The notes: generated by a model not told the origin, from the letters alone. 25,853 nt of DNA from Candidatus Heimdallarchaeota archaeon (GCA_015523565.1 WAKA01000100.1:1-25853), one strand, 5' to 3'. Shown: positions 9,210 through 19,023, numbered from the stretch's first letter. Numbers and translations: made by a program.

Positions 9210-10586
9210 ATGGTAAATTATCCCCCACCCCCCTATAAAATCAAAATGGTTGAGCCCATCAATCTCATACCGAGAGAAAAAAGAGAAGAGGCTCTGAAAA
9301 GGGCGAATTATAATCTTTTTAATTTGATGGCGGATGAGATTTATTTGGATTTCCTGACAGATTCAGGGACGGGAGCAATGTCACAGACACAATGGAGTGC
9401 CATGATGCTTGGTGATGAAACCTATGCAAATGCAAGAAGCTTTTTGCGATTTAAAAAAACCATTGAGGAATTCACAGGATTGCCAGAAGTCATACCTGCC
9501 CATCAAGGCAGAGCGGCTGAAAACGTCTTGTTTGGTCATTTACTCAAAGATAAGGCAGGGTCATGGGTTGTTTCCAATCAAAGTTTCGACACAACAGTTG
9601 GGCACATTATGTACAATGGGGCAAAACCAGTGGACATAGTGATTGAAGAGGGTAAAGACCCACAGAAGGTTTTACCTTTCAAAGGAAACATGGATACTGC
9701 CAAACTCCAATCCATTCTGGAAAATGATGCAGACAAGGTGGCTGTCATAACTCTTGTTCTGACAAACAATGCGGGAGGAGGTCAGCCAGTTTCAATGGAA
9801 AATATTAAGCAGGTTTCCGAACTGGCCAAGAATTATGGTAAAATCTTTGCGCTTGATATAGCCAGAGTTGTTGAGAACGCTTATTTCATTCAACAAAGGG
9901 AAAGTGGATACAAAAATAAATCTTTAAAGGAAATAGTACGTGAAATTTGTACTTCGGCAGATGCCGTATGGATGTCAGCTAAAAAGGACGCCTATGTCAA
10001 TATTGGAGGATTTATTGCCTTAAGGGACAGCCAACTTGCAGATAAACTAAGAGAAAGACTCATTCTTTTCGAAGGTTTTCCCACCTATGGCGGACTGGCA
10101 GGGAGAGACCTAGAAGCAATTGCAACAGGTCTTCAAGAGGCTGTCGAAGGTGAGACAGTTGCCCATAGGGTTCAACAGGTGGGTTATCTTATTGAAAGAT
10201 TGAATGAAGAGGGAATCCCAGTGGTTTTGCCCCCAGGAGGTCATGCTGCGTTTATTGATGCAAAAGCAATGCTTCCTCATATTCCGCCAGAACAATTCCC
10301 TGCACAGGCTCTTGCATGCCATCTTTATTTGGAAGGGGGAATACGCTCTGTGGAAATTGGATCCTTAATGTTTGGTAGGCATGAAGAAGGCAAATTCATT
10401 CCAGCACCAATGGAACTTGTTCGTCTTGCAATTCCAAGAAGAGTTTATACAAAGGCACATTTTGATTATGTAGTGGATATTTGTAAACAACTGAAAGAAA
10501 AGGCAGATGAAATCAAAGGAATGAAAATCACTGAAGAGCCAGAACTGTTGAGGCATTTTACGTGTAAACTTACCCCTATTAGTTAA
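9210..10586 (+). CDS. tnaA: Tryptophanase (PLP-dependent beta-eliminating lyase)
   Basis: 458 aa; DFLTDSGT, HQGRAAE, MSAKKD (PLP Lys; TPL usually SGKKD), YGGLAGRD, RLAIPRR, LRHF (His typical of TnaA, Phe in TPL). Confidence 0.88.
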   Translation: MVNYPPPPYKIKMVEPINLIPREKREEALKRANYNLFNLMADEIYLDFLTDSGTGAMSQTQWSAMMLGDETYANARSFLRFKKTIEEFTGLPEVIPAHQGRAAENVLFGHLLKDKAGSWVVSNQSFDTTVGHIMYNGAKPVDIVIEEGKDPQKVLPFKGNMDTAKLQSILENDADKVAVITLVLTNNAGGGQPVSMENIKQVSELAKNYGKIFALDIARVVENAYFIQQRESGYKNKSLKEIVREICTSADAVWMSAKKDAYVNIGGFIALRDSQLADKLRERLILFEGFPTYGGLAGRDLEAIATGLQEAVEGETVAHRVQQVGYLIERLNEEGIPVVLPPGGHAAFIDAKAMLPHIPPEQFPAQALACHLYLEGGIRSVEIGSLMFGRHEEGKFIPAPMELVRLAIPRRVYTKAHFDYVVDICKQLKEKADEIKGMKITEEPELLRHFTCKLTPIS

Positions 10587-10627
10587 CCTACCGAAAAGGA
10601 AAAATAAAAGGAAAATCAATTGAAACA

Positions 10628-11197
10628 ATGGAGTTCCCTACATCAAAAGAATACATTGCCATAATTGACTTTGAGGCGACATGTACAGACAAAAAAGAAT
10701 TCCCTAGAAAAGAAACAGAGATAATTGAATTTGCCTGCATTGTGATTGACAAGAATTTAAATGAGATACAGAGGTTTGGAAAATTTGTTCGACCAATTCT
10801 TCATCCACAATTAACATCATTCTGTAAGAGATTGACCAGCATTTCTCAAGAAAATGTAGATACTGCGGATAGGTTTCCAGAAGTTCTGAATGAATTCAAG
10901 GAAGAAATAATTAAACCCTACAACCCTCTTTTTGCATCATGGGGCAGATATGACAAAAATCAGTTGCGACAGGATTGTCACTTACATAAGGTCGAATATC
11001 CTTTTGATGAGGAACATTTGGATATTAAAAGGTGGATACCTCGATTTTATCGATTTGAAAAGCCAAAGGGAATTGGGGCAATGCTCAAGTATTTGAAGAT
11101 GAATTTTGAGGGGACGCACCATAGAGGAATCGATGATGTCAGCAACATAATCAGGATACTCAGGAAAACAGATGAGTTGATAAGGCAAAGGGATTAG
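10628..11197 (+). CDS. ERI-1/KapD-like DEDDh 3'-5' exonuclease
   Basis: 189 aa; IDFEATC (ExoI), EIIEF, FVRP..P.LTSFCKRLTSI, WGRYD (ExoII), HRGIDD (ExoIII). Confidence 0.9.
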   Translation: MEFPTSKEYIAIIDFEATCTDKKEFPRKETEIIEFACIVIDKNLNEIQRFGKFVRPILHPQLTSFCKRLTSISQENVDTADRFPEVLNEFKEEIIKPYNPLFASWGRYDKNQLRQDCHLHKVEYPFDEEHLDIKRWIPRFYRFEKPKGIGAMLKYLKMNFEGTHHRGIDDVSNIIRILRKTDELIRQRD

Positions 11198-11229
11198 GAC
11201 AACCCCTAGTTTTTTAGACAGTTTCCAAT

Positions 11230-12435
11230 ATGGCGGATATGGATGTTGCAAAAGTTGCGACCAAAATTGGTGACAAAATCAAGTCAATTGATGAAATGCT
11301 TGAGGAGATCAATTTTCTTACGGAAATGATAGCAAAGGAAGCCGCTCCTCCATTTAAAGAGGAAAGAAGAGGGTCATTGATAAGGGAAAAGTTTGAAAAG
11401 CTGGGTTATCCCACATTTGTTGACTCAGTAGGGAATATTATTGCATCAATGAACCTATCATCCGAAAATAGGGATCAGGAAGCAATTATTGTTTGTGCGC
11501 ACCTTGACACAGTATTTCCAGAGAATACAGAAATTATCTTGAAAAGGGAGGACGGGAAAATGATAGGACCTGGGGTGGGAGATGATGCAAGAGGATTGAC
11601 CAATCTTCTCGTGATAGCTCAATTACTGAAAGATATGCTACAAGGCATTCCATTATATTTCATTGCAAATGTTGGGGAAGAGGGAATAGGAGATTTAAGA
11701 GGAACAAAACATATTTTCAATGCCGAAGAACATAAGGAAAGGTTCGCAAAAATCCGATATTTTGTCACAATAGATTCAACAGGAGCAGGGACAATAGTAA
11801 ACCAATCAATAGGAAGCAAACGTTACCGAATAAGTTTTCTTGGACCAGGAGGACACAGTTTTCAACAATTCGGAACCGTTAATCCCATTTATCCCTTAGG
11901 AAATTTTATTTCAGAAGTTGAGAAAATCAAGGTCAGTGAGATGCAAAAGACAACATACAACATAGGAATTGTAGAAGGGGGCATTTCGGTCAATGCAATC
12001 CCCACAGAAGGAACCTGCCTTGTGGATTTACGATCAGAAAGCACAGAGGAACTGAATAGATTGGAAAGAAAAGTTCTTGAATTTGCAAGAGAGGTAACAG
12101 AAACAGAAAACAGGAAAAGGGAAGGCAAAATCCAGTTGAAAATTGAAAAAATCGGTGACCGACCAGCAGGCAAGTGCTCCAGTCATTCTCAATTATTGAA
12201 AGTAGCAATTCAAGCAACAAGACATTTTGGTATTGAGCCCAATCTAAAAGCAAGCAGTACGGACGCAAACATTCCGCAGAGCAAGGGAATTGAAGCAATC
12301 GCAGTTTCTGGGACTGCCGATGGGGGAAATGCACATAGCCCTCAGGAATGGATAGATATTAGCCAAATGAGCCTTTTACCGATCAAAAGGAATTTGCTTC
12401 TAATAGCAACCCTTATTGAAGAAATGTTGCCATAA
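11230..12435 (+). CDS. M20/M25/M40 family metallopeptidase
   Basis: 401 aa; AHLDTVFP, GVGDDARG, GEEG, GGHS, GGISVNAIP, STDAN, AHSPQEW. Confidence 0.9.
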   Translation: MADMDVAKVATKIGDKIKSIDEMLEEINFLTEMIAKEAAPPFKEERRGSLIREKFEKLGYPTFVDSVGNIIASMNLSSENRDQEAIIVCAHLDTVFPENTEIILKREDGKMIGPGVGDDARGLTNLLVIAQLLKDMLQGIPLYFIANVGEEGIGDLRGTKHIFNAEEHKERFAKIRYFVTIDSTGAGTIVNQSIGSKRYRISFLGPGGHSFQQFGTVNPIYPLGNFISEVEKIKVSEMQKTTYNIGIVEGGISVNAIPTEGTCLVDLRSESTEELNRLERKVLEFAREVTETENRKREGKIQLKIEKIGDRPAGKCSSHSQLLKVAIQATRHFGIEPNLKASSTDANIPQSKGIEAIAVSGTADGGNAHSPQEWIDISQMSLLPIKRNLLLIATLIEEMLP

Positions 12436-12474
12436 TATCATACTACCTATCAAAATTGTAGTAATGTCCATCCG

Positions 12475-12496
12475 CAAAAACTATCTTTTTTATATA
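12475..12496 (+). promoter_or_regulatory. Putative BRE/TATA promoter of the por operon
   Basis: CAAAAACTATCTTTTTTATATA about 42-60 nt upstream of ATG 12538; SD-like GGAGTGG precedes the ATG. Confidence 0.45.
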
Positions 12497-12537
12497 GACA
12501 GAAGAGATTTCCTTTAGCAATTTTTGGAGTGGATAAT

Positions 12538-13146
12538 ATGCCAGAATATGAAATAGGTATCTTATCAAGGGGTGGACAAGGTGGTGTAACCTTAGGAAAG
12601 GTGTTAGCATATGCAGCCACCTATGATGGCAAATACGCAAGTGCAATACCGAAATATGGGGCGGAAAGAAGAGGTGCACCAGTCATGTCCTCAGTCCGCA
12701 TTTTTGATAGACCCGTGAAACGACACGCACAAATTCTTAAACCAAAAGACATTCTTTCATTGGATTATACATTAGTTCCGAGGTTTTATGCAAATGATTT
12801 TTTTGAAGGGATGGGGAGCATTACAGTAAACGCGGCGGAGATTCCGCAAGAGTACTACCGATATACACCAGCCAAGATCGGATTTGTGAATGTACAGGAA
12901 ATTGCCAAAAAACATGGATTAGTGAAAAGTGGGTCGACGCTTATTGGCATTCCAGCACTGGGAGCCTTTATTAGAACGACAAACATTATCCGCATTGATT
13001 CATTGCATAAAGCGATTGACAAGATGTTTCCAGCATCGAAGTATCTTGAAGCGAATCATAAGGCGGTTGATGAGTGTTTTGATGAGACAATGGTAATGAC
13101 CCTTGATGAATTGAAGGAAATGAAAATGGAGGTATCAGCAAAATGA
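12538..13146 (+). CDS. porC: Pyruvate/2-oxoacid:ferredoxin oxidoreductase gamma subunit
   Basis: RGGQGGVT, YGAERRGAPV; ATG 12538 chosen over GTG 12529 because the GTG lies inside the SD-like GGAGTGG. Confidence 0.9.
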   Translation: MPEYEIGILSRGGQGGVTLGKVLAYAATYDGKYASAIPKYGAERRGAPVMSSVRIFDRPVKRHAQILKPKDILSLDYTLVPRFYANDFFEGMGSITVNAAEIPQEYYRYTPAKIGFVNVQEIAKKHGLVKSGSTLIGIPALGAFIRTTNIIRIDSLHKAIDKMFPASKYLEANHKAVDECFDETMVMTLDELKEMKMEVSAK

Positions 13147-13424
13147 TTGAAAGAAGAATACATCCAGTAGTCCAGCCAATGGCGGGGGTAGCCGGAAGAA
13201 CAAGTGAATGGAGGACACAACGTCCAGAACTTTTTGTGGACAAATGCACAAAATGCATGAAATGTGTTGTCCATTGTCCAGATGATTGCATTACCTTAGA
13301 TGAGGAGGGATATCCAACAATAGACCAATATTACTGTAAGGGATGCATGATTTGTGAAGCTGTCTGTCCAGTTGATGCGATAATTGAAATTGAGACACTA
13401 CCAGGAGGTGACAAGGATGCTTGA
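13143..13424 (+). CDS. porD: 2-oxoacid:ferredoxin oxidoreductase delta subunit (2x[4Fe-4S])
   Basis: WRTQRP, CTKCMKCVVHCP and YCKGCMICEAVCP; ATGA overlap with gamma; GGAGGT upstream. Confidence 0.92.
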   Translation: MIERRIHPVVQPMAGVAGRTSEWRTQRPELFVDKCTKCMKCVVHCPDDCITLDEEGYPTIDQYYCKGCMICEAVCPVDAIIEIETLPGGDKDA

Positions 13425-14565
13425 TATGGGAAAAGTGGAAATATGGACAGGCAACCAAGCAATTGCTGAAGCGGCCATTCGATCTAGACCAGAAGTAATT
13501 GCGGCATATCCCATTACCCCATCAACACCTATAATTGAGACATTGTCGAAAGCAGTTGAAACAGGAAGATTGCGAGCAGAATTCATTGCAGTTGAAAGTG
13601 AACATTCAGCCATGGCAGGGGTAATTGGGGGAGCTACAGCAGGAGCTCGAGTATTCACGGCAACATCATCACAAGGCTTGCTTTACATGATGGAAATGAT
13701 TTATTGGGCAGGATATGGGAGATTGCCCATAGTGATTGGACTTGTCAACAGGGCCCTGGCACCAGGATGGTCAATTTGGGTAGATCACCAAGATGCCTAT
13801 TCAATGCGGGATGCAGGGTGGATGCAATTTTTTGCAAAAAACAATCAAGAGGCATATGACCTGATAATACAAGCATTCAAAATTGCAGAGAACCATGATG
13901 TTTACATGCCTGCAGCGGTCAACATTGATGGATTTGTCTTAAGTCATGTAGCAGGTCAAGTTATGCCGTTGGATCAAAAAACAGTTGATGATTTCCTTCC
14001 CCCACTGAACCCATTGTTCAAGCTTGACCCTAAGAATCCAGTCTCATTTGGTTCTTTGACATTGCCAGATGATTATAGACTTTTAAGACAAGACCTGTTG
14101 GATTCAATGGAAAGAGCCAAAACTGTGATTGAAAATGTCTCTAAAGAATGGGCAGAGATTACTGAAAGGGATTGGGGAGGTCTTGTAGAAATTTATGGCT
14201 CAGAAACTGCAGATGTTGGCATTGTTGCATTGGGAACAATTGCTGAAGAAGCTGAGGAAGCTGTTGACCTTCTTAAGTCTCAAGGATTGGATGCCTCAGT
14301 TATTCGGATCCGATCATTTAGACCATTCCCGACCGAAAAAATTGCGAAATTGGCGAGGAACTATGGCAAGCTTATGGTCATTGACAGGGGATTCAGTTTT
14401 GGAAGCTCGTCACCACTTGCCATGGAAGTGAGAAATGCCCTTTATAAAAATCAAGTCAAGGTGCCTGTTTATTCTCGACCCATGGGATATGGAGGTACTG
14501 ACGTAACATACCAAGAAATTGCAGAGGTCGCACAGGAAGTATTCAAGGAGGAAGAAGAATGGTAA
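13417..14565 (+). CDS. porA: 2-oxoacid:ferredoxin oxidoreductase alpha subunit
   Basis: GNQA, AYPITPST, ESEHSAM, TATSSQGL, NRA, DGFVLSH, RPFP; ATG 13417 follows GGAGGTGA. Confidence 0.92.
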   Translation: MLDMGKVEIWTGNQAIAEAAIRSRPEVIAAYPITPSTPIIETLSKAVETGRLRAEFIAVESEHSAMAGVIGGATAGARVFTATSSQGLLYMMEMIYWAGYGRLPIVIGLVNRALAPGWSIWVDHQDAYSMRDAGWMQFFAKNNQEAYDLIIQAFKIAENHDVYMPAAVNIDGFVLSHVAGQVMPLDQKTVDDFLPPLNPLFKLDPKNPVSFGSLTLPDDYRLLRQDLLDSMERAKTVIENVSKEWAEITERDWGGLVEIYGSETADVGIVALGTIAEEAEEAVDLLKSQGLDASVIRIRSFRPFPTEKIAKLARNYGKLMVIDRGFSFGSSSPLAMEVRNALYKNQVKVPVYSRPMGYGGTDVTYQEIAEVAQEVFKEEEEW

Positions 14566-15458
14566 ATTCAAAACAACTTGTTAAACTGGAAATGGGGGCA
14601 AAGGCAATTGAGAAAGGGAATCTTGCATGTCCGGGATGCCAATTGAACTTGGCATTCAAGCATTCACTTTCTGCCCTGAAGAACAATGCAATAGTTGTAG
14701 TGCCTGCCTGTTGTACATCAGTCATCCAAGGTGCAGGACAGGGTTATGGAATGCATGTGCCGATTTTCAATACAGCTTTCGCATCCGCCCCGTCAGTCGC
14801 CTCAGGAATTGCAAGGAAATTGAAACTTGATGGGTCAGATACCACTGTTGTTGTTTGGGCAGGGGATGGGGGAACTGCCGATATTGGTTTTGCATCACTT
14901 TCAGGGGCGGCAGAAAGAAATGAAAATATACTTTACATCATGTACGATAACCAAGGATATCAGAATACAGGAAACCAAAAAAGCGGTGCAACACCTAAAG
15001 GTGCAAAAACATCCACAACGCCATATGGAAAATCAAACAGACGCAAAGATATCGCAAGAATCATGATTGCGCAGGAAGTCCCATATGTGGCCACTGCAAA
15101 TGCCGCCTATCCAGAGGATCTTTATGAGAAAATTACAAGGGCGGCAAATGAATTCAAAGGGAATTTCAGGTTTATCCAAATTTTCTCACCATGTCCGCCA
15201 GGATGGACTGTTGACACAAGAGACATTGTGGAAGTTGGAAAACTTGCCAATTCCACAGGATTTTGGCCAATGTATGAAGCGGTGAATGGAAAAGTCATAT
15301 TAAGCAAGAGAAGTGCAAGATTTATGGATCCTGAAAAACGAACACCAGTTGAAGAATTCCTGAAAATTCAAGGAAGATTCACTGATGACCCTCAAGTAAT
15401 TAAGGCAGTAGAAGATGAAATAAATGACATTTGGGAATGGTTAAAGAAGTTCATGTGA
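14559..15458 (+). CDS. porB: 2-oxoacid:ferredoxin oxidoreductase beta subunit (TPP-binding)
   Basis: ACPGC, GDGGTADIG, YDNQGYQNTG, SPCP, QGRF; substrate specificity (POR versus VOR) not resolvable from motifs. Confidence 0.92.
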   Translation: MVNSKQLVKLEMGAKAIEKGNLACPGCQLNLAFKHSLSALKNNAIVVVPACCTSVIQGAGQGYGMHVPIFNTAFASAPSVASGIARKLKLDGSDTTVVVWAGDGGTADIGFASLSGAAERNENILYIMYDNQGYQNTGNQKSGATPKGAKTSTTPYGKSNRRKDIARIMIAQEVPYVATANAAYPEDLYEKITRAANEFKGNFRFIQIFSPCPPGWTVDTRDIVEVGKLANSTGFWPMYEAVNGKVILSKRSARFMDPEKRTPVEEFLKIQGRFTDDPQVIKAVEDEINDIWEWLKKFM

Positions 15459-15540
15459 AATATACCCTACTATAAAGACTAAAATCCATAGATGAAGAAG
15501 AAACCTTAATTCTCCATTGAATTAATCATAATCGATCAAT

Positions 15541-16908
15541 ATGAAGATACAGTCAATTAATCCAGCAACATTGGAAACTGTAGCAGAATATGACATTATG
15601 GAAGATGGACAAGTCAGGGAAATATTGGAAAAGTCATATGAGCAATACAAGAAATGGAAAAAGACAAGCATTGCCAAAAGGCAACAACTTCTCAGGAATT
15701 TGGCACAGACCATCAGGGAAATGAAAGAGGAAACTGCAAAACTCATGACAATTGAAATGGGCAAACCAATCAAGCAAGCACGCGCGGAATTGGAAAAATG
15801 CGCATGGACGGCAGAAGTTTATGCAGACAACGCGGAAAAATGGCTTGCAGAAGAAAAGCTTGATGCTGACGGCTTAAAACACAGGGTCATTCTTCAACCA
15901 TTGGGAGTCATTCTGGGAATTATGCCATGGAATTTCCCGATTTGGCAAGTAATGCGTTTTGCAATACCAACGACACTAGTTGGAAACACTGTGATCCTTA
16001 AGCATTCCAACGCGGTTCCAGGATGTGCACTTGCAATTGAAGAAATGTTTAGGAAGGCTGGGTATCCCGAGGGAGTTTTTTCCACAATCATTGCTACACA
16101 TTCACAGACAGAATGGTTGATCTCCCAGAACCAGATTATGGGAGTTTCATTAACCGGAAGTACGGAAGCAGGAGCGCGCATTGCAGAAATTGCTGGGAAA
16201 AATCTTAAGAAAGTGGTACTTGAATTGGGGGGTTCAGACCCGTTCATTGTATGTGAAGATGTAGACCTTGAATTTGTTGTGAAGAATGCTGTGATCGGGA
16301 GAACCCAGAACAATGGACAGAGTTGCATTGCTGCAAAAAGATTTATTGTGCATGAATCAATTGCAGAAAAGTTTGCAGAAAAATTGGGGGATGCACTAGA
16401 CAAGCTAAAGATAGGCGATCCATTGAATGATGATGTGGAAATAGGACCAATGGCGAATCAAGGTGAATTCGAGAGAATCCAGAGTCAATTGGAAGACGCA
16501 TTGCAAAAAGGTGGAAAGACTACAGCAGAAATCCCAGAAATAAAGGGGTATTTCGTAAAACCAGGGATAGTGCTTAATCCCAAGGAAAGTATGAAAGTTG
16601 TCAAAGAGGAGGTGTTCGGGCCATTGGCTCCAATTCTCACATTCTCAACAGATGAAGAGGCAATTGCGATTGCCAACAACACAGAGTTTGGATTGGGAGG
16701 GTCTGTTTGGACAAAAAATCTAGAACGAGGGGAACGGATTGCAAGAGAAATTGAGGCAGGGTCAGTTTTTGTAAATTCTATCACCAAATCTGACCCACGT
16801 GTTCCATTTGGAGGAATCAAGAAAAGTGGATTGGGAAGGGAACTGTCTTGGCATGCGCTTCGTGAGTTTGCAAATATTAAGGCTCTTAATGTTTATGAAC
16901 ATAAGTAA
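15541..16908 (+). CDS. gabD: NAD(P)-dependent aldehyde dehydrogenase, succinate-semialdehyde dehydrogenase (GabD1/Sad-like) family
   Basis: 455 aa; SINPAT, IMPWNFP, LTGS, LELGGSDP (catalytic Glu), GQSCIAAKR (catalytic Cys), EEVFGP, PFGGIKKSG. Confidence 0.85.
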   Translation: MKIQSINPATLETVAEYDIMEDGQVREILEKSYEQYKKWKKTSIAKRQQLLRNLAQTIREMKEETAKLMTIEMGKPIKQARAELEKCAWTAEVYADNAEKWLAEEKLDADGLKHRVILQPLGVILGIMPWNFPIWQVMRFAIPTTLVGNTVILKHSNAVPGCALAIEEMFRKAGYPEGVFSTIIATHSQTEWLISQNQIMGVSLTGSTEAGARIAEIAGKNLKKVVLELGGSDPFIVCEDVDLEFVVKNAVIGRTQNNGQSCIAAKRFIVHESIAEKFAEKLGDALDKLKIGDPLNDDVEIGPMANQGEFERIQSQLEDALQKGGKTTAEIPEIKGYFVKPGIVLNPKESMKVVKEEVFGPLAPILTFSTDEEAIAIANNTEFGLGGSVWTKNLERGERIAREIEAGSVFVNSITKSDPRVPFGGIKKSGLGRELSWHALREFANIKALNVYEHK

Positions 16909-16945
16909 ACTTTAGAGTGAAAAAACAAAGCAGATTTCTCAATCA

Positions 16946-16953
16946 ATTTTTTT
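16946..16953 (+). terminator. Possible oligo(T) archaeal terminator
   Basis: T7 tract about 40 nt downstream of the aldehyde dehydrogenase stop. Confidence 0.3.
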
Positions 16954-17008
16954 CGTTAAAGAAGTTGAAAACATAAAGCTTAAGATTATTGTTGACTTAA
17001 AGAAAGTA

Positions 17009-18037
17009 TTGATCAATGCAATTCTTTTGTTGATAGGGAACTTTTTTCTGATTGTTTCAATTCTGGTGATAATTGAGAGCATCCACAGGTATTCAATTGG
17101 AGAATTTTGGGGAATAGTGATTGGACTCGTATTCCTTTTCTATCACCTCTCTGTTGAAGCGTTTACCCAAATTATTCTGGAACCCACTTCTGAAAACATA
17201 GAACTTGCCAGAAAGTTGCTTTCAACTAGCATACCCTCTTTACTTTTTGGCTTTTTGATAATATGGATTACGATTGGGAAAATGCAAGGAAGAAATGAAA
17301 ATACACTCGACATCATTCATTATTCATTTTTGGGGTTCGCGGCGGGAGTGATTTTCTCCACGATTAAAACAGAGCCAAGGGATCAACAATGGTACACCTT
17401 TATTGATCCGCCATGGATTGTCCTTTTTATTGCACCACCATTTCTACTTATAATTACCAGGATTGCCAAGGCAAATATTGACGCCATAAGAGAGGGGAAA
17501 AAGGCAGGACGTTTGCTCTTTGCAGGATGGATTGTAATGGCAATTACCTTTTCAGTGTTGGCTGTTGAAAGATTGTTGCAACTGTCGACCGTACAGTTTT
17601 ATGTACTTTATCCATTTGCAGTTCTGTTGATGTCATTTTCAATACTTCAAAATCCGTTGGTACTGATCTCTAAAAAAGTATACCCAGCATATTTCATGAT
17701 AGTCCGAAAATTTGACGGAACTGTAGTATTTACACATGATTATGGAAAAACTCTTAAGCATATTCCGATGGCAATTCAAGCGGCAATGGAGATTTTGGCT
17801 GAAACAGCAGGAGAGACACGACCACCAAATGTGATCTCATTTCTCAATTCCTATATCACCATTGGAGAGAGTGAAAACTATTATGCATATTTATTTAGCA
17901 AAATAACAAACATTTCAGTAAAACGATGGATAAGTGAGATATTGGAGACGATAGAGGAAACTGGTGAGGAATGGGTCAAAAGTAATGGAATCCTTCACAA
18001 GAAATTGAATGCTTTGAATGGTGACCGAACAAACTAA
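17009..18037 (+). CDS. 7-TM membrane protein with C-terminal longin-like soluble domain
   Basis: 342 aa, TTG start; seven hydrophobic segments in aa 1-215, then about 120 aa with a beta-beta-alpha-beta-beta-beta-alpha-alpha pattern (YFMIVRKFDGTVVFTHDY...). Confidence 0.6.
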   Translation: MINAILLLIGNFFLIVSILVIIESIHRYSIGEFWGIVIGLVFLFYHLSVEAFTQIILEPTSENIELARKLLSTSIPSLLFGFLIIWITIGKMQGRNENTLDIIHYSFLGFAAGVIFSTIKTEPRDQQWYTFIDPPWIVLFIAPPFLLIITRIAKANIDAIREGKKAGRLLFAGWIVMAITFSVLAVERLLQLSTVQFYVLYPFAVLLMSFSILQNPLVLISKKVYPAYFMIVRKFDGTVVFTHDYGKTLKHIPMAIQAAMEILAETAGETRPPNVISFLNSYITIGESENYYAYLFSKITNISVKRWISEILETIEETGEEWVKSNGILHKKLNALNGDRTN

Positions 18038-19023
18038 AACAAACGATCAGAAACTGACAATTCATAATATTCCCTACTGCCATCACTTTTCTTGAAGTAA
18101 AGGTTTGAACCACTGCCATTTGTGTTTCTTACAAGACAATACCCAATGCCGTCAATCATTACGTATTCATAGAACCACAACAACGAGACAATCAACCAAA
18201 TCACCTTTCGCATATTCAAGTCCCTTTTTTTTGCCAATGGAGTGGCATGGGACAAGTAAATGGATTTTAGACCAGATTGAGACGCAATTTTGCTCAGGTT
18301 TGAATCAGTTGTCATAAATAGTACCTCCAAGTTGGTAACTTTGGACAATTGTGTGAACTGTTCTACAATTAAAAAGTCAAAAACAGGGCTTGTAGGGCTG
18401 AAATTTGAATATTTATAGCTATCCACCTCATCTTCAGGTTTAAAAACGACCATAGGAAAACCAGGCTTGGCGATGATTAACGGATAGCGTTCCATCAGTG
18501 TTTGAAGCATGAATGAACCAAATTTACCGCGTTGACCCCGAGGACGATACATCTTTGCGGGAAGGACAAATCCATTCGGAAAATTTTTAGGTCTACTCTG
18601 GTCTGAAGAAATCATGTGATGCAATTCATATTGGCTTGCATGGGATGCAAGAATCAATGGGTAACGAGTCAAAGTATGTTGACGCTGGAATTCCATCCTA
18701 ATAAATTCAATATAATTGGAAACTTGGTTCAGCAACAAAACCGATGTATCAAGAGCTAACGCGAGTTGTCGATTGTCCTTGAAAGAATCGCCCACGAGTT
18801 TTTTAATTTCGTCCTTGATCATTTTATCATTTGATGGAGGAATAATTCCAGCCCTCCACAAGATATCTCGAAAGGAGAACGCCTGATTCCCTTGTAAGTG
18901 AAAACGGTCATTGGAATGCTCGATATCAATTGACAAGGCAGGAGAATTACCGACCATGGCATCAATTTTAGAGATGCCACATGATCCTAGCAAATTCTTC
19001 ATTTCACGAAAGAATGATTTCAC
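18034..19023 (-). CDS. PIN-domain ribonuclease with N- and C-terminal extensions
   Basis: 329 aa; LALDTSVLL (D92), QYELH (E133), FDFLI (D216) and FMTTDSNL (D240) give a complete PIN acidic tetrad; stop overlaps the convergent gene's stop. Confidence 0.8.
   Translation of the reverse strand: MKSFFREMKNLLGSCGISKIDAMVGNSPALSIDIEHSNDRFHLQGNQAFSFRDILWRAGIIPPSNDKMIKDEIKKLVGDSFKDNRQLALALDTSVLLLNQVSNYIEFIRMEFQRQHTLTRYPLILASHASQYELHHMISSDQSRPKNFPNGFVLPAKMYRPRGQRGKFGSFMLQTLMERYPLIIAKPGFPMVVFKPEDEVDSYKYSNFSPTSPVFDFLIVEQFTQLSKVTNLEVLFMTTDSNLSKIASQSGLKSIYLSHATPLAKKRDLNMRKVIWLIVSLLWFYEYVMIDGIGYCLVRNTNGSGSNLYFKKSDGSREYYELSVSDRLF

Noticed and set aside
9210-10586. Tyrosine phenol-lyase as an alternative call
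   Set aside because: SAKKD and LRHF fit tryptophanase; TPL typically has SGKKD and LRFF
10594-10617. Short direct repeat AAAAGGAAAA twice after tnaA
   Set aside because: Low-complexity purine tract with no evidence of function
124-16820. Many 60-180 aa antisense or alternate-frame ORFs (for example 693-1241, 898-1323, 2432-2848, 8710-9165, 15894-16403)
   Set aside because: They lie inside well-supported genes and have Ser/Phe/Cys-rich shadow composition with no motifs
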